A DNA stretch of 64,000 bases, from positions 12,958,001 to 13,022,000 of the forward strand of contig JBHGNT010000013.1 in the NCBI GenBank assembly GCA_043228905.1. Reading direction: 5' to 3'. How positions within the stretch are numbered: position 1 is the stretch's first letter; each line of letters begins with the position of its first letter. Positions 12,178 to 24,726 of the stretch are shown here, piece after piece. Both the position numbers and the translations under genes were made by a program. The notes below the pieces were generated by a model. The model made no database searches. It was not told where the DNA came from and saw only the letters and a program-made list of their open reading frames with translations. The stretch comes from Azolla caroliniana (Eukaryota; Plantae; Polypodiophyta).

Positions 12178-12661
12178 ACATTCTTTTCCCTTAAGAATAA
12201 CTACTCCTTCGTGCGTTTTGGGTTTGCTTATTATCAAGCTTAGAAAGATAGTATCTCCAACATTTTAGTGTGCACAACACTCAAATCGATTCATGAAAAC
12301 TACAAATAATTTTCCCGACTAGTTATGGTGGTTGATTCAAAATCAAATGTTTGCTTCTTGGAGCTTGGAATCCTACATTTGTAGACTTTCTTTTCGAATC
12401 TTTGATGTTGTCGTCGTTGATTTATATCAAGTCATTGTGTGGCAAACCAATACATTGCCCAATTTAGAGAGGGCTAACATCTATCATGAATATTTAACCC
12501 CTAGAGCCAAATGTGTCAATATTAGCCCGACTCCATATTTTCAAAATTTCCTAATATAACAGAATATTATTGCATTAACATAATGCCAACCAAGATAATC
12601 ATTAGACGGATTGCCCAAAATATTAATAGTTGTACTAATTCATGGGAAGTCAACCAAATAT

Positions 12662-12742
12662 GGCAATTTGGCCGAGTGGTTAAGGCGTTTGAATTGAAAT
12701 CATATGGGTTCGCCCTTGTAGGTTCAAATCTTGCAATTGTCG
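12662..12742 (+). pseudogene. tRNA-Ser(UGA)-derived copy
   Basis: Full length, with anticodon loop and stem substitutions (GAATTGAAATCATAT). Confidence 0.7.
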
Positions 12743-12996
12743 AGATTCTTTTACTGTGTTGTGGAAACTATTTACTAACATTGAGCTTTTGTGCTTTAAA
12801 CATTAAATATCCCAATAGTATTTAAATGTATGTGCACTAACATACTTGTCAACACTTAAATCATATCGCTACCCAAATAATAAAGACTTATACTAGTCCT
12901 CTTTTCTTCTTTATTAGCATGCTTAGATATATAATCTTTGCTACATTTAATTACAACCCATACTAAAATATGTAACTATGACAGAGAGCAAAATAG

Positions 12997-13077
12997 GACA
13001 ACTTCGCTGAGTGGTTGAGGCGTTTGACTAGAAATCTAATGGGTTCGCCCTTGTAGGTTTGAATCCTGTAGTTGTTG
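12997..13077 (+). pseudogene. tRNA-Ser(AGA)-derived copy
   Basis: CTAGAAA loop; mutated A box and B box (GGTTTGAAT). Confidence 0.7.
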
Positions 13078-13218
13078 ACTTTGTTGTTGACTACTTTCAA
13101 TAACATCGAGATTTTGTGATGTGAACCAATGCATCTTCTATCTTAGCAATATGCCACACGCACACAAGCATGACTTCTTAAGTCCCATGGAACAATTTTC
13201 ACAATATAAAGCTAGTAT

Positions 13219-13299
13219 GACAATTTGGCCGAGTGGTTAAGGTGTTTGACTCGAAATCAAATGGGTTCTTCCTCGTAAATTGAAATATTGCAGTTATCG
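13219..13299 (+). pseudogene. tRNA-Ser(CGA)-derived copy
   Basis: TTTGA-CTCGAAA-TCAAA anticodon arm; the B box is destroyed. Confidence 0.72.
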
Positions 13300-13695
13300 A
13301 GATTTTGGCACTTAGGTATTATTGCTAGTAACTTATATCGTGCTTGACATGTGCCCAACAATAAATATCCCATCTTAGAAAGCATTGGTCACCACACAAA
13401 GAAAACTAAACTTTCTAAGAATCATTTTTGAACATTGGCTTCCGTAGGTATCGTAAACAGAAGCTCACATAGTGAAATATAATTGTGATAACCTACTAGT
13501 GAACACATAAATAGTAGATTTACCTTAAGAATAACAACTCTTTCTAGCGTTTTGGTTCGCTTATTATCAAGCTTAGATAGATAATATCTCCAGCATTTTA
13601 GTGTGGACAATACTCAAATCGATTCATGAAAACTAGAAACACTTTGCCCAAGTGCTTATGGTGGTTGTACTATCTCATAAAAGCCAACAAAAAAT

Positions 13696-13776
13696 GGCAA
13701 TTTGGCCGAGTAGTTAGGGCGTTTGATTTGAAATCAAATGTGTTCGCCCTCGTAGGTTCGAAGCCTACAATTGTCG
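13696..13776 (+). pseudogene. tRNA-Ser(UGA)-derived copy
   Basis: Full length with several substitutions. Confidence 0.7.
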
Positions 13777-14667
13777 AGATGCTTTTAGTAAATTGTGGAA
13801 ATCATTTACTAACATTGAGTTTCTGTGTTTTAAACATTAAATATCTCAATAGTATTGAAATGTATGATCACAAACATACTTGTCAACACTTAAATCGTAT
13901 CGCTACCCAAAGAATAAAGACTTATAATAGACCTCTTTTCTTCTTTATTAGCATGCTTAAATAGATAATATTTGTGTAAAGAATCAAGAGATGAGGCGAA
14001 TGGGCTAGATGGAGCTACCAAATCGTTCTGATACCATGTAAAAAATCAAGAGATGGATTCTTGTGAAGCGGAAGAGATGTGAGTTATGTGTGTGTGTAAG
14101 AGAGAGAGAGAGAGTGAGTGAGTGAAACACAGAGAATACGCAAGGTAAAAGTCTATTGACATAGGAGAAAGACTCAACATTATACAAGGTGGGAGGAGGG
14201 TGCTTTATGTAGTCACCCTCTCTCTTCATTAACTACAAGACTCATGGAGCATGGGGAATGTGAAAGCTCATAAGTTATGTGTCATAGAATATGATTCTAT
14301 GACTGATACTAAATGCTAGAATACAAAGTGGTGACTCTTGACCGTTGGAGTGTCTCTTCACTCTCAAGGTGAGTTCACACACTATACCAAGTTGAGCTTG
14401 ATTCTCAACTTGCCCCCTCAAGCTCAAGTCGGGTCGGTTTCAGACGGTATTCGAAATCCGCTTCAACTCAAGTTCCGGATTCCACGTCGACTCGCTTTAT
14501 GCGGAGTTGCGGAATCCGTGCTCCAGCTTGCGTTGTGCGTAGTTACGAAGTCTGTGCTTCGGCGTGCGTAGTTGCGAAGTCTGTACTTCAGTTTGCGTCT
14601 TTCTTCGCGGCTTTGCATGGTAGATCGGCTCTTCACTGCTTCGTTGTGTCGATGTGGAATCCACGCG

Positions 14668-16086
14668 TTATTGCGTAGTGTCTTCAGTACTCCCCCTCAA
14701 GCTTGGCAGGTCAAGGATTTTCAATCCGAGATCGGTCATGAATTGCCATAGCTTGTCGGCTCCTAAGGCTTTGGTGAAGATGTCAGCCGTTTGAAGATTG
14801 GTGCTAATGTGTTGTAGATCGACATCGCCATTGAGAATGCGCTCTCGGATGAAGTGATAGTGCAATTCGATGTGCTTTGTCCGCGCATGGAACATTGGGT
14901 TCCGAGCCAGATAGATACTGCTCATGTTGTCGCAGTAAAGGGAAGTCGGATCCTTGATGGGTACGCCCAGATCCTTCAAAATCCTCTTGAGCCATACGGC
15001 TTCGCATGCAGCTATGGTTGCGCCCCTGTATTCCGCCTCCGTACTCGAAAGAGCGACGATAGGCTGCTTCTTGCTACTCCAAGATATTGCTCCGCTGCCG
15101 AGGGAGAAAACAAATCCGGAAGTTGATCTTCTATGAGCTTTGTAGCCGGCCCAATCGGCATCTGTGTACCCCTCAAGTCGTATTGGCATCGCGGTCTTGT
15201 AGAGGATGCCGCAATCCATTGTGCCGCTCACATAGCGTAGAACTCGCTTAACACAATCCAAGTGAGTATCACGCGGTGTTTGCATGAATTGGCTAAGGAG
15301 ACTGACCGGATAACTGAGATCGGGTCGTGTGATCGTGAGGTAGATGAGACTCCCGATGAGTTGTCGATACTGAGTTGGCTCACACACTTTGGTGTCGCAG
15401 TTCGCATCTAGTTTGAGATTATGATCGAGCAGGGTTGCCATGGATTTGCACTCAGCCATACCGAACTTGTACAATAAGTTGAGCATGGAGTGCCGTTGGG
15501 AGATCATGATTCTGGCCGGAGTCTGAATTACCTCGATGCCGAGGAAGTAGTGGAGCTCCTGCATGTCCATCATCTCGAACTTGTTGGAAAGGAGGGATTT
15601 GACCTTATTGATTTTGACGAGATGCTCACCTCCAATGACTAGGTCATCCACATATAAGATGATGACGATCAGACTTGCGGAATCACTTTGTATGTAGAGA
15701 GAGTTGTCCAATTTTGACATATGGAAGCCGATTTGATGAAGATATTGCGTTATCTTCGAATGCCAAGAACGTGGTGCTTGCTTGAGGCCATAGAGTGGCT
15801 TCTTGAGTCGGCAAACAACTTTCGGATGGGTGCTTGAGTTGAAGCAGGGTGGTTGGATCATGTACACCTCCTCTTCTAATTCGCCTTGTAGAAAGGCGTT
15901 CTTGACGTCCATTTGATGGAGGTGCCACCCTTTCGCCGCGGCAATCGCAATTACGGTCCGCACCGTCGTCATCTTTGCCACCGGGGCAAAGGTCTCTTCG
16001 TAGTCGACGCCATGCGTCTGAGTGTATCCTTTCGCTACGAGTCGAGCTTTGTAGCGGTTCATGGAGCCATCGGCATTATACTTCAC
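14668..16086 (-). CDS. Copia reverse transcriptase-RNase H (segment of a decayed pol)
   Basis: YKARLVAKG, QMDVKNAFL, LYGLKQAPRSW, YVDD, YTDADWAG, RTKHIELHYHFIRE. Confidence 0.95.
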   Translation of the reverse strand: MKYNADGSMNRYKARLVAKGYTQTHGVDYEETFAPVAKMTTVRTVIAIAAAKGWHLHQMDVKNAFLQGELEEEVYMIQPPCFNSSTHPKVVCRLKKPLYGLKQAPRSWHSKITQYLHQIGFHMSKLDNSLYIQSDSASLIVIILYVDDLVIGGEHLVKINKVKSLLSNKFEMMDMQELHYFLGIEVIQTPARIMISQRHSMLNLLYKFGMAECKSMATLLDHNLKLDANCDTKVCEPTQYRQLIGSLIYLTITRPDLSYPVSLLSQFMQTPRDTHLDCVKRVLRYVSGTMDCGILYKTAMPIRLEGYTDADWAGYKAHRRSTSGFVFSLGSGAISWSSKKQPIVALSSTEAEYRGATIAACEAVWLKRILKDLGVPIKDPTSLYCDNMSSIYLARNPMFHARTKHIELHYHFIRERILNGDVDLQHISTNLQTADIFTKALGADKLWQFMTDLGLKILDLPSLRGSTEDTTQ

Positions 16087-16493
16087 CTTGTAGATCCATC
16101 TGGATCCGATCGCCTTTCTGTGTGGTGAGGTGGGAACGAGATCCCACGTCTCGTTCTTCCGTAGTGCTTACATCTCCTCGTTCATTGCTTCAATCCATCG
16201 CGGGTCCTTCACGGTTTCCGAAAAGGTTTCTAGCTCCAGTACTGTCGCTACCTTCATCATAAAGACGTAATGGTACGCCATATAATTGTTGTAGCCGAAT
16301 CGGCTTACGGGGTTCTTTTCATGAGTGGATCGGCGGAGCTTTTCATTTGCAGAGATGAGGGCTTTCTTGGCTTGATTGGTACCTCGAAACCACCGAACTC
16401 ACTGTCGAGTGAGTGAGTCGACTCATCGTCGTTGAAGCGATCATCTTCGTATTCCGACATTTTCGCCTTGCCTTTGTCCATCTTCGGGCTAGG

Positions 16494-17603
16494 TCATGAT
16501 GTGCTTTGATCGCTCAAAGGCTCTTGTGGTCCGCTCAATCGGGTCGTGATCGGAGTTTCTTCGAATATGCGCATAAGGCGATCTTCATCCTCGATCTCTT
16601 GTTCGGCGAATTCCGGGGCGAGCGGAGTCGGAGTTGGAGTTGTCTTTGGTGCGTACCAGGATGTGGACTCGTCAAAAACGACGTCTCGATTTACTTGAGA
16701 TTTTCGAGTTGAGGGGTTGTAGAACTTGTACCCCTTTTGCTCCAGTGAGTATCCTACGAGGATACATTTCTCTGACTTTGGGTCGAGCTTTTGACGCTTC
16801 TCGTCGGGGATGTGCACGTACGCAATGGAGCCGAATATCCGAACATGTGATAGGTTTGGCTTCTTTCCGAAGAATTTTTCATGCGGAGTGACCTCGTGCA
16901 CGCCGGATGTTGTGCACCGGTTCATTAGGTAGACAGTCGTATTTGCAGCTTCGGCCCAATATGACTTGGGCATATGCTTCTCGTTGATCATGGCTCGCGC
17001 TACTTCGAGGATGTGCCGATTTTTGCACTTCGCTACTCCGTTTTGTTGCAGAGTGTGTTGGCAAGTGAATTCTCACCGAATTCCTTCCTTTCGGAGATAC
17101 ACCGTGAAATCATCCGAGAAGTACTCCTTGCTGCCATCCGATCGAAGGCATCATACATGTCAGCCCATGGCTTTCTCGACTTCATTCTTGAAATTTTGGA
17201 AGTGTTCGAAGAGTTCGCTCTTTTGCTGCATCGGCTAGATCCAAGTGTGCCTAGAGAAGTCATCGATGAAGAGCACGTAATATCGGCATCCGCCGAATGT
17301 AGCCGTCTGCGCCGGTCCCAATACGTCGGAATGGACTATGTCGAGTAGACCTTTGCTCACGTTCCGCTCTTTCGGGAATGGGTGCCGGTGTTGCTTGCCG
17401 AATTGACACGCTTCGCATACACCTTCAATCTCCTTCTCTTTGAATGTCGAGAGTCCGATGATGACTTCTTTCGATTTCATTGCTTTGAGTTTGTTAAGAT
17501 TGATGTGGCCGATTCGTTTGTGCCATAGCTCTATGTCGGAGTCGGCTTTCGTGTTTTTCGCGAACATGGCGGATTTCATCTCGCGTGCATTGAGAATGAA
17601 CAT
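16494..17603 (-). pseudogene. Copia GAG-pre-integrase and integrase, frameshifted
   Basis: LWHKRIGH, CEACQFGKQHR, HSDV.GP, FIDDFSR, YWAEA..T.VYL.NR, KLDPKS.KCI.VGY. Confidence 0.93.
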
Positions 17604-18008
17604 CCGGCTCTCTCTTCGTCCGCGTGCGATGAGTCGGCCCTCTTTTTCGATGAATCAACCGCCTTGATTAAATCGAACTTGCATCCTTGCTCTACAATTT
17701 GGCCGATGAGACCAAATTCTTCGTAATGGTTGGTACATGCAAGACATTTTTAATGTAATTTTTCTTAGGGTCGAAGCATGCTACGGTGTACCAACTTTTG
17801 GCCAAAAATTTAGTACTAAATCGAAGAAGAAAATAAACATTAAAAATTGTAAATAAATTTCAAAAAACAAAAAACAAATTCATTACGTCACACTTGAAAT
17901 GTCCCTAGGCCATATTTAATACATTAATTGTTGCCCTAGTCTCCTAGGTAGAGTTATACGAAAGCACACTTGGAGAAGGTATCCATTGTGACAGTTGGTC
18001 AGTCTCAG

Positions 18009-18011
<3 letters not shown>

Positions 18012-18046
<35 letters not shown>
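18012..18046. repeat. (TC)n microsatellite upstream of the cargo gene
   Basis: Direct observation. Confidence 0.9.
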
Positions 18047-18050
<4 letters not shown>

Positions 18051-19119
18051 ATGGGTAGTCGAACGTGTCAGTTGGTATGTCTCTCTCTCTCTCTCTTCTG
18101 TCTCGAAGTTGTCAAATAGACAGTGGCAGAAAGTTAAAGAAAGACGACATATCTATTACAGGTCTATCTCTCTCTTTCTCTCTCTCACTCCACCTTCAAA
18201 GCTCTGTTTCTTTCTTTCTGTTTCTCTCTCTCACTCCACCTTCGATTCTCTGTTTCCCCGCGTAGCTGTTCTTGTGTTCCCCTCTGTGCCAGGTTCGATC
18301 TCTGAACTCTGTATACGCAGAGATTTTTGTTTCCCCTGCTCGTTGTATGTGTTGTTGATTTTCCTTCCTTGTGTATGCTCGTTTGTCTCCTCTGTGTATG
18401 CTCGTTTGTCTCCTCTACAGCAGCCTCGTCAAAAACCTCTTGCATATAGGTGATTTTGAAGGCTTGGGTGTGCTCCCAAGGTGTAGAAATCAACACGGTG
18501 TGGTACCTCTGCAAGTTGTACGACCTCCAGGTATTCTCTGTGTTGCATGCCCAACTAGCATGTTTTGTTTTTTTGAATGTTTCTTGTCTGTCTGTTTTTT
18601 ATTTGCATGTGTATGGCCATTTTTAGGTTTTGATTATTAATAGTCTATGTGTTGCATGCCCAACTGGTATGTTTTTGTTTTCTCTGTGTTTCTCTGTGTT
18701 TCTTTTAAAAATGTATGACAATATTTTGATCGAGGTGGTTGTCTGTTAGACATGTTTGTACATGCAACGTAAATGGAGTTGGCATCGATGAGTTGCTATG
18801 TTTTCGTTTTGTTCTTGTTTCTTGTCCATCTGTTTTATTTTGTGTGAGTTTGACATGGATGAGTGTTTTTCCGACTATTTTGGGTTTTTGTGTGTTTGAC
18901 ATGGCTTGTACATGCGATGTGATGGAGTTGGCTATGATGATTTACAATGTTTTCGTTTTCTTTGACTTTCCTATCCGTCTGTTTTTATTGTCTGTGTGTT
19001 TGACATGGATGAGTTTTTTTCTGACTATTTAGGGTTATGGTGTGTTTGACATGGTTTGTACACGCAATGTGATGATCTGCTATGTGTTGATGGTAATTGC
19101 TTGAGTTTTCTTCTAGTAC

Positions 19120-20406
19120 ATGCATATTCATTCCCTGAGAATTGTGTTGACTAGGACAATGACAAGAAGGACACCCATAAAGAAGACATTGATGAAAGAG
19201 AAAGTGAAGACACCAGTGAAGGAAGGAAGAAGGATACCCATGAAAGAAAGCAAGAAGACACCCACAAGAGAAAGGGTGATGAATTCATCAACACAAAGAA
19301 AGAAGATGCACCACTCCATTAGTCGAGACACACCTCTTGGATGGAATTATTTCCTTCGAGCACGACCTGACGTTTATCCAGAGCTGAGAGAGTGGTTGTT
19401 AAAAACCTGGGGGTCAGCACATCCCGACACAAGGCGAGGATTCCACATAAGTGGTTTGAAGAGGGAATACATGAATTTATTGAAGACGAGATACGAACAT
19501 GTTTATGATACAAATCAAATCACTAACAATGAGGTGGGTACTGTTTTTGCACGTGCTTTTGCATGTGAAGTTCAAGGTGGCATTGACGTGAATTGGGAAG
19601 ATTTTAATCGGCACCGGTCAGAACATTACAAAGGGTCCTCTAGTACCAACACTGGCTTGAAGTCATCTGGAACCTCTCATGTGGATATTCCAGCTACAAC
19701 ACCTGTCCACCAAGTTCTAGAGGCAAAGGTACGGGCCACAATGACTGAAAAGCATGAACACATGATGGTTGGTTGCATAGCTTCTATGAGCTCAAGAATA
19801 CAAGCACTACTTGTTGGTTTGGAAGCAATTAAATCAGCAGAGATACAGGCAGAAAAGAAATATTCTTCAATAAAAACTACATATGAAAGGATTGCATCGA
19901 CAATCCAAAATTCAAAAAGTGAGGTGTTGAAAGAGGAGTTGAAGAAAGAGCTGAACAATATGGGCACTCAATTAGGTTCACAGATGAGAGACCTTGATAC
20001 TTGCAAGAATGCACATGAAGAAATAGATAATAAGTTGTCAGCCTTAAAGTTGCATTCTGAGAACCTTGCATGCTTGATGTAGGATTTAAAACAAAATGGT
20101 TTTGATACTTTGTGTCCATCTGTAATTGAGCACCCAAGTGGTATAGAAAGTACCATTATTAGTATAGCTATATCACGGTATTGGCTTTAAAAGTTATTTA
20201 TTTCTACTTCTCTGGTATAAATAAGTGAGCATCTAATATAATATAACTTGTGTTTGCAATCTTCCAGGTGTATATTTTGTGGCCTCGGATTCAAGCTGGA
20301 GGCTATGGATGTTGTGATTACACCATGCTTGCACACATATCATGTGTAAAACTACAATTGCGGCTGAGTGGTACTATGCTTGGGGTCTAAAAGTACACCC
20401 GTACGG
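19120..20406 (+). pseudogene. Transposon cargo gene: basic N-terminus, coiled coil and spliced RING-H2-like finger
   Basis: 320-aa ORF ending in a heptad-rich segment. Reading through TAG (20080) reaches a GT-AG intron at 20178-20267 that splices in frame to R-CIFCGLGFKLEAMDVVITPCLHTYHV (C-x2-C...C-x-H-x2-H). Confidence 0.7.
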
Positions 20407-20649
20407 TATGTGGCTCTACTATTCTATTGTTTGTATTATATGATGTCAATTAACATTTGGACTAGAACTAGTGTATGCCACAATTCATACTTGAAATTTA
20501 GTGTAATCTCTAACAACTATTATGTGGAACCCTAATTATGTGGGTTAGTATTGGCAGTACTCTTAATATATAATTGGTATGTGTAGTTGAAGGGATATTT
20601 TCCAGAATTAGTAGTACTAAAAGGGAACCATGTACAACATCGTCCAATC

Positions 20650-21725
20650 TATATTGCAACTTGCCTAGTATTAGTTTAGTAAACACTATACTTATAGTAC
20701 ACTGTTGACTGTTAGTATTGTTTGTGTAACTTGGGAATTAGTACTAGTAATGTAATTTGGGAACAAGGTGTATAGTAAATTGCTGAATAATAGTACAATT
20801 ATTGTAATTTGGAAATGAGGTGTGTGAAATACATATCACGTTTAGTACTAATACTGTTCAAGATTAATATTGTTGGTGTAATTAGTACAAGTTATGTAAC
20901 TAGGTGTGTAGACCACATATCATGTTTAGTATTACTTGTGTGCAAAATACCAATCTACATTTGTTGGATTAGTACTTAGTAAGTACTACATGGTTCATGA
21001 TTAGTACTAGTTCTGTACTTTGTGAACTAAGTTACTAGTACATTGCTCATGATTAATACTAGTTTTGTAATTTGGGAACTGAGTAGTACTTTGTTCCTTA
21101 TTAGTACTAGTTTTGTACCTTATTAGTACTAGATCAGTAATCTAGAAAATAAGTGAGTAGTACATTTTGTAGGATTAGTACTAATTGTGTAATTTGACTA
21201 AGTCAATGGTACATTCTTGAGTACTACATTGTTCAAGATTAGTACTAATTGTGTAATTTGACTAAGTCAGTGGTACATTGTTCGGGATTAGTACTCCTTG
21301 TGTAATTTGGTAACTAAGTGAGTAGTATATTGTGCATGATTAGTACTACTTGTGTAAATTGGGAACTAAGTGAGCATTACATTGTTCGGGATTAGTACTC
21401 CTTGTGTAATTTGGTAACTAAGTGAGTAGTATATTGTGCATGATTAGTACTACTTATGTAAATTGGGAACTAAGTGAGCAGTACATTGTTCGGGATTAGT
21501 ACTCCTTGTGTAATTTGGTAACTAAGTGAGTAGTATATTGTGCATGATTAGTACTACTTGTGTATATTGTGCATGATTAGTACTACTTATGTATATTGTG
21601 CATGATTAGTACTACTTGTGTAAATTGGGAACTAAGTGAGCAGTACAGTGTTCCTTATTAGTACTAGTTCAGTAATTTAGGAACTATGTGAGTAGTACAT
21701 TGTTCATGATTGGTACATTGTGTAA
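20650..21725. repeat. AGTACT-rich tandem repeat (~52-bp monomer, 104-bp dimer)
   Basis: TTCGGGATTAGTACTCC recurs at 21281, 21385 and 21489; degenerate monomers lie upstream. Confidence 0.9.
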
Positions 21726-21765
21726 TATGGGAAGCAGCTCTTGTGACCTACATTATATATTTTAG

Positions 21766-23610
21766 ATGATGGTACTAACATTCAAGGTTTTTTTGTTTCT
21801 TGCAATGAATGTTGTTGTGTCAAGCAACTCCACGCCAGGGAAGGTAATGGAACAACCAACCCCTGTGCCTAAACCCTCAATATTTGCTGCACATTCCAAG
21901 GTTCAGGGACCATCATTACCAATAACCTATGATTTTTATGATGAGGATGAATGTATGAGAAGGGCCATTGGAGCAGTGGCACATATGCTTCTACAAACAA
22001 ATTCCCCAAACTCCAGTCAACATCAAGAAATAGAGCCCACTAAGAAGAGAAATGCAGTTTCTTTACAAATAGAGCCCAGTAAGAAGAGAAATGTTGCAAG
22101 AATGTTGTATGGAAACGGCAAGAAAGGCAAAGTTGAATGCAATGGTGAGTCATATAAGTTCTCACCTGTCTGGAGCATTGTCAACCTAATCCATTGTCTA
22201 ATACCATGTACTTGTGTTACTAGCTGATGACGAAATGATATTTGGTGACGGAGATACGAGTCCAAAACTTGATCGTGAAGACGAATTTATCACACTCCTA
22301 GGTACACGTCAAAAGCCAGACTTTGAAAACAATGATTTAGCTCATAACAACCCTATTTTTGTTGCTATTATAGATCATAACAACACTGTTGAGCACCTAG
22401 ATGTTGTGGAGAAGATGACCGAGCCCACCACTTGCAATGGGGTATCTACGGTTGTACAGTATGACGATGTAACATTAGGTAAAAATGTGGCCCCTAAACC
22501 CTATGTTCATTGTTTGCAAACTTTTGAGTATGTGAGTTGATACCAATATTCTTTGGAATCCCATTAATTAGGTTTACAAGAGCAGTCTGATTCCCAACTG
22601 CAATCAAATGAATCAGGAACTTCATGGAGCACAAGTGCAGAGTCAGATTCTGGTCAGAGTCAGAATCAAATTAACCTTTGCACGGAGGCAGACTCTAGAA
22701 GCACATCTTCCACACATGAGGACTGTGAGAAAAACGAAGCATTCATATGTGAAGAGCAGTTGGCATGTACAAACAACACTATGTCTAAAGAAGCCTATGA
22801 GGAGTGTGGAAAGAATATGGCAAGTACTGAAGAGAAGATTGAAGCCCATGAAGAGTGTGGAAAGAATACTGATAATGTGTTAGTAGTGTCTACTGATAAT
22901 GTGCTAGTACTGTCTAAAGATTCCCATGAGGATCATGGAAAGAAGATTGCTAGTAATGAAGAGGAGCTTGATTGTACTGAGAATGTGCTAGTAGTGTCTT
23001 GTGAAGCCCATGAGGATCGTGGAAAGAACATCGCTTTCCCTGAAGATAAGCCTGATTGTACAGAATCCCATGAGGAGTGTAGAGCGAACAACGTTACTAA
23101 TGAAGGGGGGCCTGATTGTATACTCAGAGCGAGCATACTAGCATCACCCAAGAGGACCAGGCAATAACGACCACCCAAGCAGGTACACGTTGTCTTAAGA
23201 ATGAGGTGACATCCACCGTACAAGAGGAGTTGACCATGACTACTGCCACGGTCCACATACAGGAGTCTAATAAGAATGAGTGTATAGGCATCGATGATGA
23301 TGATAGGGCAATAAAGATCGCTTGGAGTACAAGCATTCAGGAGATGAGTGATAATTTGTCTATCGACAGCACCTTTGTGGATTTGTGTACAAGCATTGCA
23401 GTTGCAGAAAACACAGTTGCTCTCTCAAGCTTGCCACCAGTACAAGGCGCCCGCGCATCCACGCCTGTCTCTGATGCCTCTGATGATGAAGTGTCACTTA
23501 GTCAGCTCATACCTAAAGGCTTTAAGATAAAGAAGAATGTAAAATCAGAAAAATCTGGCACCAACAACAAGCGCATTACAAGATCGGCCAAGTTACCCTC
23601 TAGTGCTTGA
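21766..23610 (+). pseudogene. Putative multi-exon acidic, low-complexity cargo gene with (H/Y)E(E/D).GK(N/K) repeats
   Basis: Chain of same-strand ORFs (21766, 22214, 22760, 23116), candidate donor G|GTGAGT at ~22145, and NLS-like PTKKRN/PSKKRN repeats; no recognisable domain. Confidence 0.45.
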
Positions 23611-23739
23611 TTGTCTTTCGATTGTACTTGAACTTTAGTTGTTAGTGATGTCTGAAATTGAACTATTTGGATACCAAAATACTGTTTCAATTGCCAATGT
23701 CAAAAATCCAGTTCATGAATCTGAAATAGTTATACCAGT

Positions 23740-24581
23740 GTGAAATCAAGTTCATGTTTAAGGATTGCTTCTGTATTTTGCTCGTCAACATATATCAAAA
23801 ACAATGGGAATATACTTTTTGATCTAAGTATTCTTATTTTACAACGTTTTGTTTCTTTTTTGAGATCATCTCCTAATCCTCGCAAAGTCTTTCAGTCTGT
23901 TGTAGATAAAATGCTTGAAAGTCTTCTTAGCTTGCTAGGAAAATTTAGGTTTTCAGGTGTTGATGATGAGAAACAGAAAATATCGGGTGTTATTGAAGAT
24001 ATACTGAATTATAGACTGTTTCATCAATCCCATTTGGAGGGTAACCAGAATGTGTGCAAATTGTTGAAGCAATGTGGGCCATATTTTGATGATATCATCC
24101 CAAAGGATGAACCATCCACTAACAGTAGTAAGGAAACACTTAAAGAAAGAAAGGTCTCTACTTTAAAATCCATAGCCTGGATATTCAGGACTTATATACA
24201 AGAAGTTAAAACTCAGATGGCTTCACAGGACATATCATGAAACAAAAAAGGATTCTAAGAGAATAATTTTCTTTGTTGTCTTAACAGAATTCATCACCCC
24301 CTTTGAAGAATGAACTTACAGTAGAAAATCTTACAATATTAAAGTCTTTAATGAATTCAACTAACAATCTTCTCTTGGTAGCAAAAGAAGAGCATATTTA
24401 TGTGCCAACAGAGGACACACCAACTCTTATGAATCTAGACTTTATCAAGAAGATATACGATATTTTTACTCATTTTAACATGGCTCTGCAAAACTTCTAT
24501 GCTCAAATAACATCAGGAAACATGAGCAATATCGACAATGAAGAAATCCAAGTCCTGTTGACAACAGCTAATATATTATGA
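23740..24581 (+). pseudogene. Putative further cargo ORF (helical, function unknown), broken by a stop
   Basis: ORFs 23740-24240 and 24303-24581 have protein-like composition and end close to the transposase stop on the opposite strand. Confidence 0.4.
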
Positions 24582-24726
24582 AAGATAAGTACAAGTGGTT
24601 GAGAGGCATAAACACTTTAGAAGAAAGACGAAATATATCAATTCATTTGTCAATCATCAAAATTAATAGTGAACTCCAAGTGGATGTTTTTCAGTTTTCT
24701 AGTACAATGTATTGATAGGGTGACTT

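Larger units (their letters stand above)
10548..13974 (+). repeat. tRNA-Ser tandem array, block 2 (8 copies plus one 3' remnant)
   Basis: Units at 11040, ~11370, 11681, 12097, 12662, 12997, 13219 and 13696. Confidence 0.95.

Noticed and set aside
12003-13964. Recurrent small ORFs (WQFGRVVKAFDLKSNGFALVGSNP; MKTRNNFPD...)
   Set aside because: Chance translations of tRNA bodies and spacers; starts and stops are not conserved between copies.
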